Made by a program: the position numbers and the translations under genes. From the IMG/VR virus record IMGVR_UViG_3300035696_002405: a DNA stretch of 64,000 bases; one strand, written 5' to 3'. The stretch comes from an uncultured virus (IMG/VR IMGVR_UViG_3300035696_002405). Its lineage: Duplodnaviria; Heunggongvirae; Uroviricota; Caudoviricetes. The stretch's first letter is position 1; every line of letters starts with the position of its first letter. Below, one piece after another: positions 54,593 through 63,555 of this stretch. The notes under the pieces are model-generated. The model did not search any database. It was not told the DNA's origin and saw only the letters and a list, made by a program, of their open reading frames with translations.

Positions 54593-55213
54593 TCAGTGCG
54601 AGATCTTCTCGGGGACGAAGGTCGTGCCGCTCCCGCCGATGCTCGGGATCATCGGCTTCTGTTGCGGGTTGATGACGACATCCTTGCCGCTCGGGCGCTG
54701 GACTGGCTGCGAGATGACGCCGCCCGTGCCGAGCGCCGAGTGGCCATCGGGAGTCGGGACGTGCGTCACCGTGCCCATGACGCCAGCCTGGAGCGGCGGC
54801 TGGTATCCCTCGCCGGCAGGCGGGATGAACTGCTGGCCGCCGATCATCGGCTGCGCTCCGCCGGTCGGCTGTCCCTGGACGCTGCCGGCGAGGGGCACGT
54901 GGTTGTAGTGCTGCGCGGGCTGCTGCGGGGCGCCCGAGGGGACGAGGGCCGACGCCGGACCTGCCTGCATTCCCGGCTCGACGAAGGTCGGGATCCCCGG
55001 CGCGCCGACCGGCGCTCCTTGGGGCGCGGAGCGCGCGTAAGGGGCCTGCTCGATCCCTGCGTCGATGATGCCGAGTCGCGCGCACTCGTCGACGCACTCC
55101 TTCGCGAGCGCATGGGCCATCTGCTTAGCGCTCTCCATGTCGGAGGTCTTCTGCGCGTAGGCGGCGAGCGCGTGCGGAACGAGCTTCAGGTACAAGTCTT
55201 TGGGAGTGATCAT
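54593..55213 (-). CDS. Hypothetical protein, paralog of 16779..17252
   Basis: ATG 55213; helical N-domain plus P/Q/G tail. Confidence 0.7.
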   Translation of the reverse strand: MITPKDLYLKLVPHALAAYAQKTSDMESAKQMAHALAKECVDECARLGIIDAGIEQAPYARSAPQGAPVGAPGIPTFVEPGMQAGPASALVPSGAPQQPAQHYNHVPLAGSVQGQPTGGAQPMIGGQQFIPPAGEGYQPPLQAGVMGTVTHVPTPDGHSALGTGGVISQPVQRPSGKDVVINPQQKPMIPSIGGSGTTFVPEKISH

Positions 55214-55248
55214 CGGAGCCTCTCTGCCTTTCTTATCTCGACCCCTGG

Positions 55249-55258
55249 AGCCTACCAC
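55249..55258 (-). promoter_or_regulatory. Extended -10-like box GTGGTAGGCT
   Basis: Intergenic copy of the GTGGTAnnnT motif. Confidence 0.45.
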
Positions 55259-55276
55259 GGGCCAGGCAGGCCCAGG

Positions 55277-56638
55277 TTAGACATTCAGGCTGAAGATCGC
55301 AAAGAACGGCACCTCGACGCCGTTCTGGACAGGTCCGTTTCCGGCGAAGACGTCGATGGAGGTCACCCCCTGGAGGAGCGGGATGGGAACCTCGTTCAAG
55401 TTGTCCGGCGCGAACGGCCCAGCGACGCCTCCCCAGTCGAGGTTCTGCGTCCACTGGATGGGGATCGACTGGGGGACGTCCGTCGGGTTGAAGAAGCCGC
55501 CCATGAGCCTCACGGAATTCGCCCCCTGCGGGATGGGGATCCGCGCGCGGTTCGTGAAAGGCGCTGCTGGCGCAGGGCCTGAGCACGGGACCGTCCCACG
55601 GAAGACCCGCGTCGGGACCGAGTCGAAGATGGGTGTCGCCACGTAACCGTGCGCACACCAGCCGAAGTAGTTCACGGGGGCTGCCTGCGCGCCGGCCGCG
55701 ACGATCGTGCCGGACCCATTGCCCTGCAGCTCGAGGATGTTCGGCGGCAGGTTCGAGAACGAGTCGTTCGTGAGCGCCGGGCCTCCCGGGAAGAGGAGGT
55801 AGACGCGGGTGATGTTCGGCGCGACACCGGTGTCCGAGGCGGCGAAGTAGCGCGGCGCGAGCCTGCCGGTCACGCGCATGAACGAGGACGCGGACGGTGC
55901 TCTGACCAGCGTTCCAGGCAGAACATCGGCGACGATGTTCGCCACCTGCGCGCCGAGGTGCCCGAACTGGAAGATCGCGAGCGACACGACGCCGCCGAAA
56001 GGCGGTGCCACCCCGGGCCCCTCGACGATGCCCGACGGGACGACGAGCAGCGGCGAGTTCGTGCCCTGGAGTGGCGCCTCGACCTCGACGTAACCGAGGA
56101 TGTCTTTGCTCAGCTCGTAGCGCGTCCGCGCGAAGGAAGCCGGCATGTCGAAGATCGCCTGGGCGCCCGTACCTTCGTCCTGCGTCGGGACGACGTCGCC
56201 GCGCTTGTCGAGGTACGCGCTCTGGGGCACGAGCGCGACGTCCTCGTGCGTGATGGGCGCGATGTGCCCGACCGCGGGATTCCCCTCTTTGCCGTATCGC
56301 TGCGGGAGACGGGGATCGGCCGACGGCTGGTTCTCGATCGTCGCTCGCCCTTGGGCGTACGCGAGGTAGAGGGGATTCTCGGGCACCTCCCAGGCCATCT
56401 GGGGGCCCTCTGCCCATGGCTCGAAGGGGCGCTGCACAAGCTCGCCGTAGATGTTGAAGGCGAAGCCCTCGGGCGCCGCCCTTCCCCACCTGTCGAAATC
56501 GAAGAGAACGGCCCCGGGGCCAACATACCCATGCTCTTCCGAGTGGACGTGACGAAGGCGACCGCCGGTTCCAGGGATGTTCATGCGAGGTGGCTCTCCG
56601 AAGCGAGGGTTCGACTGCTCGACCCCGTCGCCCGCCAC
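55277..56638 (-). CDS. Hypothetical protein with beta-rich C-half (possibly structural)
   Basis: 453 aa; P/G/V/F-rich; no family recognised. Confidence 0.7.
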   Translation of the reverse strand: MAGDGVEQSNPRFGEPPRMNIPGTGGRLRHVHSEEHGYVGPGAVLFDFDRWGRAAPEGFAFNIYGELVQRPFEPWAEGPQMAWEVPENPLYLAYAQGRATIENQPSADPRLPQRYGKEGNPAVGHIAPITHEDVALVPQSAYLDKRGDVVPTQDEGTGAQAIFDMPASFARTRYELSKDILGYVEVEAPLQGTNSPLLVVPSGIVEGPGVAPPFGGVVSLAIFQFGHLGAQVANIVADVLPGTLVRAPSASSFMRVTGRLAPRYFAASDTGVAPNITRVYLLFPGGPALTNDSFSNLPPNILELQGNGSGTIVAAGAQAAPVNYFGWCAHGYVATPIFDSVPTRVFRGTVPCSGPAPAAPFTNRARIPIPQGANSVRLMGGFFNPTDVPQSIPIQWTQNLDWGGVAGPFAPDNLNEVPIPLLQGVTSIDVFAGNGPVQNGVEVPFFAIFSLNV

Positions 56639-56697
56639 CTAAACAGCCGCCGGGAGTCCCCCTGATCTTGCGTCAGCTTCGCTAGAAAGACCAGACC

Positions 56698-57414
56698 CTA
56701 CTGCTCGAAGCAGTAGAAAGCGAGAGAGGTTCCCGTGCAACACGGGTTGCCGGCGCCATAAGTCCAACTGGCCGTGGTCACACCATCATCCCCAATACCG
56801 GCGTGATACGAAGTCGAAACGCCGCAGTCTTCTACGACAGTCCAGTCTTGACACGTATTCACGATAGAGTCCGCAGTCCCGTCCGTCATCGTTCCGGTCC
56901 AGGCGAATCCCGCTAAAGTCGAGGAGTTGTCTGGAACGAACACCCCGTTCTCATTCTTGTTGATCGGATCCTTGATTGCTCCCGAGACAAGATCAGACCA
57001 ACTCGTAGCAATCGTAGTCCCATCCACGAGCTGATACGGCACTGAGGCGTGCGCCAAGCGCGACGCCGCGCTCGTCGTGGACGTCGAGAGCCACGCCTTC
57101 CAAGTTCCTCCCAATCCGGCCGCCAGAGCGCGCGCGCTGCACACGGCATCGGCCGCCGCGAGACCGCCGAAGTTCGACTCCGTCGTCGTTGAGGAAATAA
57201 AAACCCTCTTGAAGGTCGGACCCGCCTCAGTCCCCGCTTCTACGGAGGCATCACCGCGAGCATCCGACGCATCCGCCCCATCCACCTGGGTATCTCCAGC
57301 ATCAGGATCCACGACGTACGAATCGAGAGGAGAGCCTCCGTCGCCAGCGTCCTCGAACAAGAACGTGTCGGTCGAGCACCCCGCGCACAAGAAGAAGATC
57401 AGCACCCGCCGCAT
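56698..57414 (-). CDS. Lipoprotein with DUF1554/endostatin-like domain
   Basis: Lipobox-like CAGC; DAG linker; RVFISS..GGLAAADAVC..A..AGLGGTWKAWLS..AWTGT..C.DWT..FYCFEQ. Confidence 0.8.
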   Translation of the reverse strand: MRRVLIFFLCAGCSTDTFLFEDAGDGGSPLDSYVVDPDAGDTQVDGADASDARGDASVEAGTEAGPTFKRVFISSTTTESNFGGLAAADAVCSARALAAGLGGTWKAWLSTSTTSAASRLAHASVPYQLVDGTTIATSWSDLVSGAIKDPINKNENGVFVPDNSSTLAGFAWTGTMTDGTADSIVNTCQDWTVVEDCGVSTSYHAGIGDDGVTTASWTYGAGNPCCTGTSLAFYCFEQ

Positions 57415-57974
57415 GAGAGTCCTCCGTACGAGATCGCGTCACTGACACACGTCGAGTCCCAGGCCCCGGAGCAGCAGTTCGGGCGAAGAGTTGAGCAGAT
57501 GAAGTTGACGACGGTGTCCGGGTCGCACCCGCTGACGAGCGCGGATCCAGTCGAACAAGGCGAGTGGCCGCACGTTCCCTCGTCGACGATGCAGACGCAA
57601 GAACCCTTCTGGCAACCCTTGCCGGAGCCCGAGCAGACGCTGCCACACCCTCCGCAGTTATTGTCATCGCTGCCCGTCGTGTCCGCGCAGATGCCCGAGC
57701 AGCAGACGAGACCGCCGTCGCAGCCCCCGCCGCACGCGCCGGAGTCAGCTCCCGCATCGGTCGCTGCGCCGTCGGACAGAAAGCCGTCGGTCGCAGCATC
57801 GGCGGGGTCGCCTCCGTCCAGCTCGGCGGCGTCGATTGCGGCGCCGCCGTCCCCGGCGTCGGGCCCCACGTAGAGCGGCTCGTCGCCGCTGTCCGGTCCG
57901 CCGAGGCCCACGGGCCCCGCGCCTCCGCAGGCGGGGGCGAGGAGAAGGACGATGGGGAGGACCCGCGCGAGCAT
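57399..57974 (-). CDS. Myxobacterial-type Cys-rich lipoprotein
   Basis: ATG 57974 with GAGGAG; LAPAC lipobox-like; DAG/DGG linker; CCSGICAD..NNCGGCGSVC repeat and CC..WD..CV module. Confidence 0.75.
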   Translation of the reverse strand: MLARVLPIVLLLAPACGGAGPVGLGGPDSGDEPLYVGPDAGDGGAAIDAAELDGGDPADAATDGFLSDGAATDAGADSGACGGGCDGGLVCCSGICADTTGSDDNNCGGCGSVCSGSGKGCQKGSCVCIVDEGTCGHSPCSTGSALVSGCDPDTVVNFICSTLRPNCCSGAWDSTCVSDAISYGGLSCGGC

Positions 57975-57982
57975 CTCCTCGA

Positions 57983-57992
57983 AAGCTACCAC
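57983..57992 (-). promoter_or_regulatory. Extended -10-like box GTGGTAGCTT
   Basis: TTGCAT-16 nt-TAGCTT upstream of the lipoprotein genes. Confidence 0.5.
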
Positions 57993-58036
57993 CGAAACAC
58001 CTTTATGCAACTGCATGTAACTGTCCCTTTCGTCCT

Positions 58037-58336
58037 TCATCTGAGCCACAGGCACTCGAAGTCCGGATGTTGGTAGAAGCGCGCGTCCGTCGACGCCAGC
58101 ACTGCCCCGTCCGAGCGGCGCTTTCCAATCGACCAGATCCACGCCTCACGCGAGGCGACGCAGAAGTCCACGCCCCAGCCCTGGGCACCTACCGAGTCCT
58201 CGGCCGACTCACGTGCGTCGCCGCGCAACTCGAAGACCCCCGGCTCGACCTCCTCGCAGGCGCTCACGTCCACGCACTCACCGGCCTCTAGAGCTTCCTT
58301 CATCCTCAGGTTCGTCATCTCGTCACCTGACTTCAT
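58037..58336 (-). CDS. Hypothetical protein
   Basis: 99 aa; alternative start at 58318. Confidence 0.6.
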   Translation of the reverse strand: MKSGDEMTNLRMKEALEAGECVDVSACEEVEPGVFELRGDARESAEDSVGAQGWGVDFCVASREAWIWSIGKRRSDGAVLASTDARFYQHPDFECLWLR

Positions 58337-58445
58337 ATGATAGCAACTGGTATGCCTTGGGAGTCACGGCCACTCCACGTGTGGTTCCGCACCCCATGTG
58401 AACGGCCGTCCACATCATACCAACAAACTGTTCACATGCTGTTTT

Positions 58446-59099
58446 TCAGCGCCAGGGACCCTGCCGAACGCGTCCGTGCTCATCGTCGACGGTCGTGACG
58501 AAGGATCTGCCGACCTGCTCACGGGCCCCGTAGAAGAAGAGGAGCGGATTCTCATGCCGGATGACCTCGAAGAGTTCCTCCATCCGCTTCAGGTGTTGAA
58601 CGAAGTGCCGCACCCGCTCCCAGCCGAGGAGGGCGAGCTTGCTGTCCGCGATCATCTTCGCGAGCGCGAGCGCTGCGCTCCTCGCCTCCTCGGGAGGAGT
58701 CTTCTCGTGCGTCGCGAGCGCGAGGTACTTCTCGGCCTTCTCCTCGATCTTCTCGCATTCCTCCACGTTGAAGATCTCGATCTTGGGCCCCGAGGACCCG
58801 CCGCCAAGCTCGACCTCGTACTCCTGCATCTTCTGGCGAAGGCCGTCGATGAAGGACTCAAGCTCGAGCGGGAAGCGCTTGCCGCGTCGGCGCGGGACGA
58901 GGTGGTTCGCGAGCGCGTAGCCGGCGGCTCGCCAGTTCTTGATCACCGCCGACTGTTCGGGGTCCAGTTCGTCGTGCGTGAGCGGATGGAAGCGGACTTC
59001 GGGATGGACCTTCGCGATCAAGAGGTTCGCGACGTCCTTCCAGAACCCTTCCTGCTCCGACTCTTTCTGCCCGTACCTGCGCGCTCCGGTGTAGTCCAT
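58446..59099 (-). CDS. Hypothetical protein with DUF2786-like segment
   Basis: KAEKYLALATHEKTPPEEARSAALALAKMI. Confidence 0.65.
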   Translation of the reverse strand: MDYTGARRYGQKESEQEGFWKDVANLLIAKVHPEVRFHPLTHDELDPEQSAVIKNWRAAGYALANHLVPRRRGKRFPLELESFIDGLRQKMQEYEVELGGGSSGPKIEIFNVEECEKIEEKAEKYLALATHEKTPPEEARSAALALAKMIADSKLALLGWERVRHFVQHLKRMEELFEVIRHENPLLFFYGAREQVGRSFVTTVDDEHGRVRQGPWR

Positions 59100-59128
59100 C
59101 GATCAGCCTCGCTCCTCAGCTCGGCGCC

Positions 59129-59575
59129 TCACGCCTGCCCAATCTTACACCGCCCACACGAACAGTCGGGGCGATGCGCAGCGTGGCACGAGCACCCGAC
59201 CTTGTGCTCGGGTCCGACCTGACACTGGACCCCGCGCGCAGAGGTTCGGCACCTGACTTCCGAGCCGCACTCCGGGCACCTGCCCCAATAGATGACGTGG
59301 TCTCCCGTGACCTGCTCGACCTGGACCGTCTTCGGAGAGCTTTCGACGAGCCTCTCGAGCAGAAACTTCATGATCCTCTTGCGAGATCGCTCGGTGAAGC
59401 GCGTCCGCGTGAAAACGTCGATGCGCTTCATCAGGTGCGGCGCACGCATGCACGCCGATCCCTCTGTGCACGTGTGGACATGAGAGGCGAGTGCCTCGAT
59501 GAGGGCGAACGCTGCCGCCTCGGCTGGCGTCAGTGTGCGCGGACCCTTCGCGCTCTTCGTCTCCGCGGCAGCCAT
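59129..59575 (-). CDS. Cys/His-rich putative zinc-binding protein
   Basis: ATG 59575 (TGATG overlap); CPECG, CSC..H..CSCGRC. Confidence 0.65.
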   Translation of the reverse strand: MAAAETKSAKGPRTLTPAEAAAFALIEALASHVHTCTEGSACMRAPHLMKRIDVFTRTRFTERSRKRIMKFLLERLVESSPKTVQVEQVTGDHVIYWGRCPECGSEVRCRTSARGVQCQVGPEHKVGCSCHAAHRPDCSCGRCKIGQA

Positions 59576-61023
59576 CAGGCGCCGCCCCGGCGTCGAAGCT
59601 CGTCGTGGTACTGCTCGAGGAGTTTCGAGAGATCGACGAGCGCGAGCTTGCACATCCCGTCGAGCGCGCCGAGGAGCTTCATCCCCGCGACCGGCTCGGC
59701 CCTCACCGCGGCGCCGAACACGAGAGCCATCTCGGCGATCCGCTCGACGGCCTCGTCGGACTCGACATCGCCGGAATCGCACGTGTCGACGATCCCATCA
59801 AAGATCGGAAGCTGCGCGGGCGTGAGTGCTTTGCGCACGACCTCGAGCTTGCCACGACCACGGAGAAGCATGACGAAGCGGCACGTGTCGAATGAGACCC
59901 GGAGGCGGAGCTGGTCGAGATCCGAGACCTCGCCCCGAGCTTCGACACCATCGGTCCGCGATTCCGTATCCGCGGCTCGCTGGTCGCTGCCATCACCACC
60001 GCTGCCTGTGGTCCCTGCGGTCCCCTGTTCCTCGACCTCGGCGTCCTCAACCGAGGATTTGTTCGGCGCATCACCTGATTCTTTCCCGGGGGGAGAGGAA
60101 GAGACTTTCGGTTTCCAAGCCTTGACCCTGCCGCCACCATTGCCATTCCGACCATTTCCCTCGCCACCGTGACCATTGCCGCCACGACTCTCTGCCTCGC
60201 GCTTCTGACGTTCGCGTTCCTGGTACCACTCGATGAACCCAGGCTCGTACTCGGCGTTCGGACCCTGGCTGAATCGCTGGAGCGCCCCAAGCACGAAGGG
60301 GAGCGCTTTCGGACCCTCCTCCTTGAGGAGTTGCCAGATCTCCTCCTTCATCTTCGCGTTCTGCTCCTCTTCCTTGCGCTGCTTCTTGCGCTCGTAGTCG
60401 TGGTCCTCCGCGTTCAACTCGATCTGGCGAAGCTTCGCCTCACGATCGGTGTACTCGGTAACGACGCCCGCGAAATGTTGGTTTGACTTCATGAGCGTGT
60501 CCCAGAGGTGCGTCGCGCGCTTCTCGAGCCGATCCTCTTTCTCCGAGACGTACTTGAGGATGTCAGGCATGATGCGCTCGGCGAACGGGGAGCCGTCCTG
60601 ACCTGGACGCCCAAAGCCGCCGCCGTGCGGCGTCAACGCGAGGTGTTGAACCTCCTGCCCGCCTGGCAGCTTGAAGAAGAAGCGCGAGCGGTTCGGATGG
60701 TCCTTCGCGTCGAAGATGAGCGCGTAGATGACCTCTGCGGCGGGCTGGAAGGCGGCGTCACGACACGCGGCCAGCTCGATACCGCGAACGATCGTCTCGA
60801 GCGAGATCCCCTTGCCATAAAGGTCCCGCTCCTCCCATTCGGCGACCTCCTGCTCGTGGCCGCGTTCGTCGCGGTGCTTGAGCTTGATGCGGACGATCTT
60901 CCGCCAGTCCTCCTCGTTGTTTTTCTCAGGAGGACCGCTCGAGGGCTTGTCGATGCCGAGGTGCTGGGCAAGGCCGACCCTGACCTCGCGCATGACGTTG
61001 ACAGGGAAATCGTAAGAGGGCAT
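59575..61023 (-). CDS. Hypothetical coiled-coil protein
   Basis: ATG 61023 (MPSYDF); the longer ORF-track start overlaps the divergent region. Confidence 0.7.
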   Translation of the reverse strand: MPSYDFPVNVMREVRVGLAQHLGIDKPSSGPPEKNNEEDWRKIVRIKLKHRDERGHEQEVAEWEERDLYGKGISLETIVRGIELAACRDAAFQPAAEVIYALIFDAKDHPNRSRFFFKLPGGQEVQHLALTPHGGGFGRPGQDGSPFAERIMPDILKYVSEKEDRLEKRATHLWDTLMKSNQHFAGVVTEYTDREAKLRQIELNAEDHDYERKKQRKEEEQNAKMKEEIWQLLKEEGPKALPFVLGALQRFSQGPNAEYEPGFIEWYQERERQKREAESRGGNGHGGEGNGRNGNGGGRVKAWKPKVSSSPPGKESGDAPNKSSVEDAEVEEQGTAGTTGSGGDGSDQRAADTESRTDGVEARGEVSDLDQLRLRVSFDTCRFVMLLRGRGKLEVVRKALTPAQLPIFDGIVDTCDSGDVESDEAVERIAEMALVFGAAVRAEPVAGMKLLGALDGMCKLALVDLSKLLEQYHDELRRRGGA

Positions 61024-61109
61024 CGACTTCGAAAGTAGTTCATGCCCCTGGGAAAACAAGCGCCCCAAGAAGAAACAAAACAAAAACCATGCGGTTCCCC
61101 AGGGGTGAT

Positions 61110-61121
61110 TGCAAATTGCAG
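61110..61121. promoter_or_regulatory. Operator-like palindrome TGCAAATTGCAG (copy 1)
   Basis: Overlaps TTGCAA-16 nt-TACTCT on the plus strand; identical 12-mer at 62334. Confidence 0.55.
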
Positions 61122-61146
61122 TACACAAACTACTCTAGCTAGGTCC

Positions 61147-62109
61147 GTGGAAAAGCCACAAGAATCCCCTCAAAACAAGGACGTCAAGACTAGGTTCTCT
61201 TCTGTCGAACCATCTTCTGGCGAAGCAACATCTCCCCCGACTCCGGCCTCGGCCAAACGAAAACCGGGTCGCAAGGCAAACCGGAGGAAGCGGCTCGAAC
61301 CCGTCTCACCGGAGAAAGGATTGTCGATCGAGCGCACGCTCGAGATGTTCAGGGAATCCGGCGTCGAAGACCTTCAGAGCTGGTCCAGCCTGAGGCGCGC
61401 CTTCCACGACAAGAAGATCGCGGGCTTCATCCACGGGAAGAACAGGATTTACTTCAACACGACCGCCGTGCTCGAGGTCCTCGGGGCCGCGCTCTCCAAA
61501 AAATCGGGCAGCACGATCGACCAAGAACTCCTCATCCACTACCGCGAGTCGGAAATGAACAACCCCTTCTCCGCCGTCGAGAAGAGGATCGCCCCGACCC
61601 TCAGCAAGGCCATCCAGGTGTTCAACGACTTCAACATCGCCAAGCAGAACCCCTTCATCGCTGCCTCCGAGCGCGCGAGGCTCGCGCACGAGGGAAAACC
61701 GGACCAAGAAAACGCGAAGACAGCGTCGGCCGCGGTCGTCGAGACCCCATGTTCCTCGTGCGGTCGCACGCTCGCAGCGGCGCGCGAGGATCACTCGCGC
61801 GTCTCTCGCGCTGCGACGGGGGGTCGCGAAGACCTCGATCTCAACGAAGAGCGCGCGCTCGCCAAGTTCCAGGGAGCGCGCTGCGCGGCCTGCTGGACAT
61901 GGCTTGCCCACGCGCCGATCGCACTGATGCAACAGGAACTGCACATGTTCTCAACAGGAAAAGATCCTGTCGGGCACGAGCCCGTTTCTTCTACCTCCGC
62001 GGACGCGAGCGGTGTTACAACGGCTGACGGTCTCGAGCGTGCACCGGAGCACGCTCACGCCCCGGAGGTATCAGCGTCCAGCCGACCCGAGAGCAATAGG
62101 CGTCCTTAA
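61147..62109 (+). CDS. Putative DNA-binding protein (excisionase/MerR-like HTH plus C4 zinc site)
   Basis: LSIERTLEMF..WSSLRRAFHDKKIAG..RIYFN pattern; CSSC and CAAC. Start uncertain (GTG 61147 versus ATG 61042). Confidence 0.55.
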   Translation: MEKPQESPQNKDVKTRFSSVEPSSGEATSPPTPASAKRKPGRKANRRKRLEPVSPEKGLSIERTLEMFRESGVEDLQSWSSLRRAFHDKKIAGFIHGKNRIYFNTTAVLEVLGAALSKKSGSTIDQELLIHYRESEMNNPFSAVEKRIAPTLSKAIQVFNDFNIAKQNPFIAASERARLAHEGKPDQENAKTASAAVVETPCSSCGRTLAAAREDHSRVSRAATGGREDLDLNEERALAKFQGARCAACWTWLAHAPIALMQQELHMFSTGKDPVGHEPVSSTSADASGVTTADGLERAPEHAHAPEVSASSRPESNRRP

Positions 62110-62333
62110 CGCCAAACGCCTCGCCAGGTGGCTTAGACCTGGGAGGCGCCCGTCAACGCGTCGGCGGCGCATCGTTCCCATGCGCAAATGGAAGAATATC
62201 TATTCCGTTCGTCTTTGCAAGCGCTTTCCGCTTGACTCAGCCAGGGACCAGATCCAGGGAGCGCCAGGGACGCGCGACGGCTGCCACGGACGCGGCGAAC
62301 GCGACGAACGCGACGAGCAGCCTGATCTGATAC

Positions 62334-62345
62334 TGCAAATTGCAG
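62334..62345. promoter_or_regulatory. Operator-like palindrome TGCAAATTGCAG (copy 2)
   Basis: Lies 16 nt upstream of ATG 62362. Confidence 0.55.
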
Positions 62346-62361
62346 CATCCATGGGAGCCGG

Positions 62362-63555
62362 ATGGCCCTGACGCGCCGTCAGCGCCGAGCGCTCGCTGCT
62401 GCCGCACGCAAGAAGAAGCGTGTCGTCAAGCCGAGCAGCAAAGCTCGCACGCGCAAGCACCTCTCAACGGCTGCCGCGAAGCGCGCCGCCTCCCGCGAGA
62501 GGGCGAGGACAAAGAAAAGCAAGAAGCCGCTCAAGAGACCGAGCAAGAAGCTGCCCAAGAGGCCGGGCAAGCCGAGCAAGCCGACCAAGTCAATCAGATC
62601 GAGCAGGCCGGGCAAACCGAGCAAGCCGACCAAGCCGACCAGGCCGGGCAAACCGGGCAAGCCGGCCAGACCGATCACGAAGGCTTCAAGACTTCCGCCC
62701 AGGCCGCCTGCTGGTCCCCCGCCCCCGCGTCTTCCCATCCCGAAAGACGTCGAGAGAAAACTCACCGCCGACCAGCTCCGCGCCATCGCCACGTTGCCCG
62801 AGGCAGCCAAGCGCGGAGCCATCCAAGCGCTGATCGAGGAGCACGGCAAGAAGAGGAGGCCCAAGCCGGCTGCCCTGGCCGAAAAAGAGCGCGCCAAGGA
62901 AGAGAAGAAGGCAGCCGCTGAGAAGAAGAAGATCGAGATCGCCGTCAAGCAGCTCAAGAAAGCAGTCAAGCAGGCGGCCAAGGACGGCGGCAAGCTCTAC
63001 GGGGAGTACAACGAGCGCACCCACGAAAGGCAGAAGGTCAAAGGCACCTTCGCGGGCTTCAAGCTCATCCCGTTCGCGGAGCGAGCCGACTACATCCAGG
63101 AGGAACTCAAGAAGCGCCACAAGGAATGGCGGCGGGACCTCTACGTCCAGTCCGTGCACGTCCGCGAGTATATGACGCAAGGGGACGGCGGCTCTGGAAG
63201 ACGCGCTATCATGGAGAAGGTCCAGAACGCCGGGCGCAACTGCATCGACGAGCGCATCAAGGGCCGCAAGGTCTACCAGATCTACATCGGCATGATCCGT
63301 GTGCTCGTCAGGCAAGAGGACGCCGGAAAATACGGCGGCTACAGCACGAGGCCCATCGATGGGAAGCGGATCAAGGCGGCGACCGACGTCCGCGGACTCG
63401 AGGGCTTCGAGAACGTCATGCCCGGCGAGGATCCAAAGACCGCCCTCGACAGATTGCTCGAGCGCCTCGAGAACCACCTCGACGACATCCTCGACGGCTT
63501 GCCGGTCGTCTACATCAAGAGCATCCAAGTCAAGTTCGACGTGGAGGCCAAATGA
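62362..63555 (+). CDS. Protein with very basic K/R/P-rich N-terminus (PGKPSK repeats)
   Basis: 397 aa; GGGAG RBS; stop overlaps the next ATG (ATGA). Confidence 0.8.
   Translation: MALTRRQRRALAAAARKKKRVVKPSSKARTRKHLSTAAAKRAASRERARTKKSKKPLKRPSKKLPKRPGKPSKPTKSIRSSRPGKPSKPTKPTRPGKPGKPARPITKASRLPPRPPAGPPPPRLPIPKDVERKLTADQLRAIATLPEAAKRGAIQALIEEHGKKRRPKPAALAEKERAKEEKKAAAEKKKIEIAVKQLKKAVKQAAKDGGKLYGEYNERTHERQKVKGTFAGFKLIPFAERADYIQEELKKRHKEWRRDLYVQSVHVREYMTQGDGGSGRRAIMEKVQNAGRNCIDERIKGRKVYQIYIGMIRVLVRQEDAGKYGGYSTRPIDGKRIKAATDVRGLEGFENVMPGEDPKTALDRLLERLENHLDDILDGLPVVYIKSIQVKFDVEAK

Noticed and set aside
61042..61146. ORF-track start of the plus-strand gene at 61042
   Set aside because: Leaves only 18 nt between divergent starts and covers the AT-rich promoter/operator-like sequence; a downstream start is more plausible.
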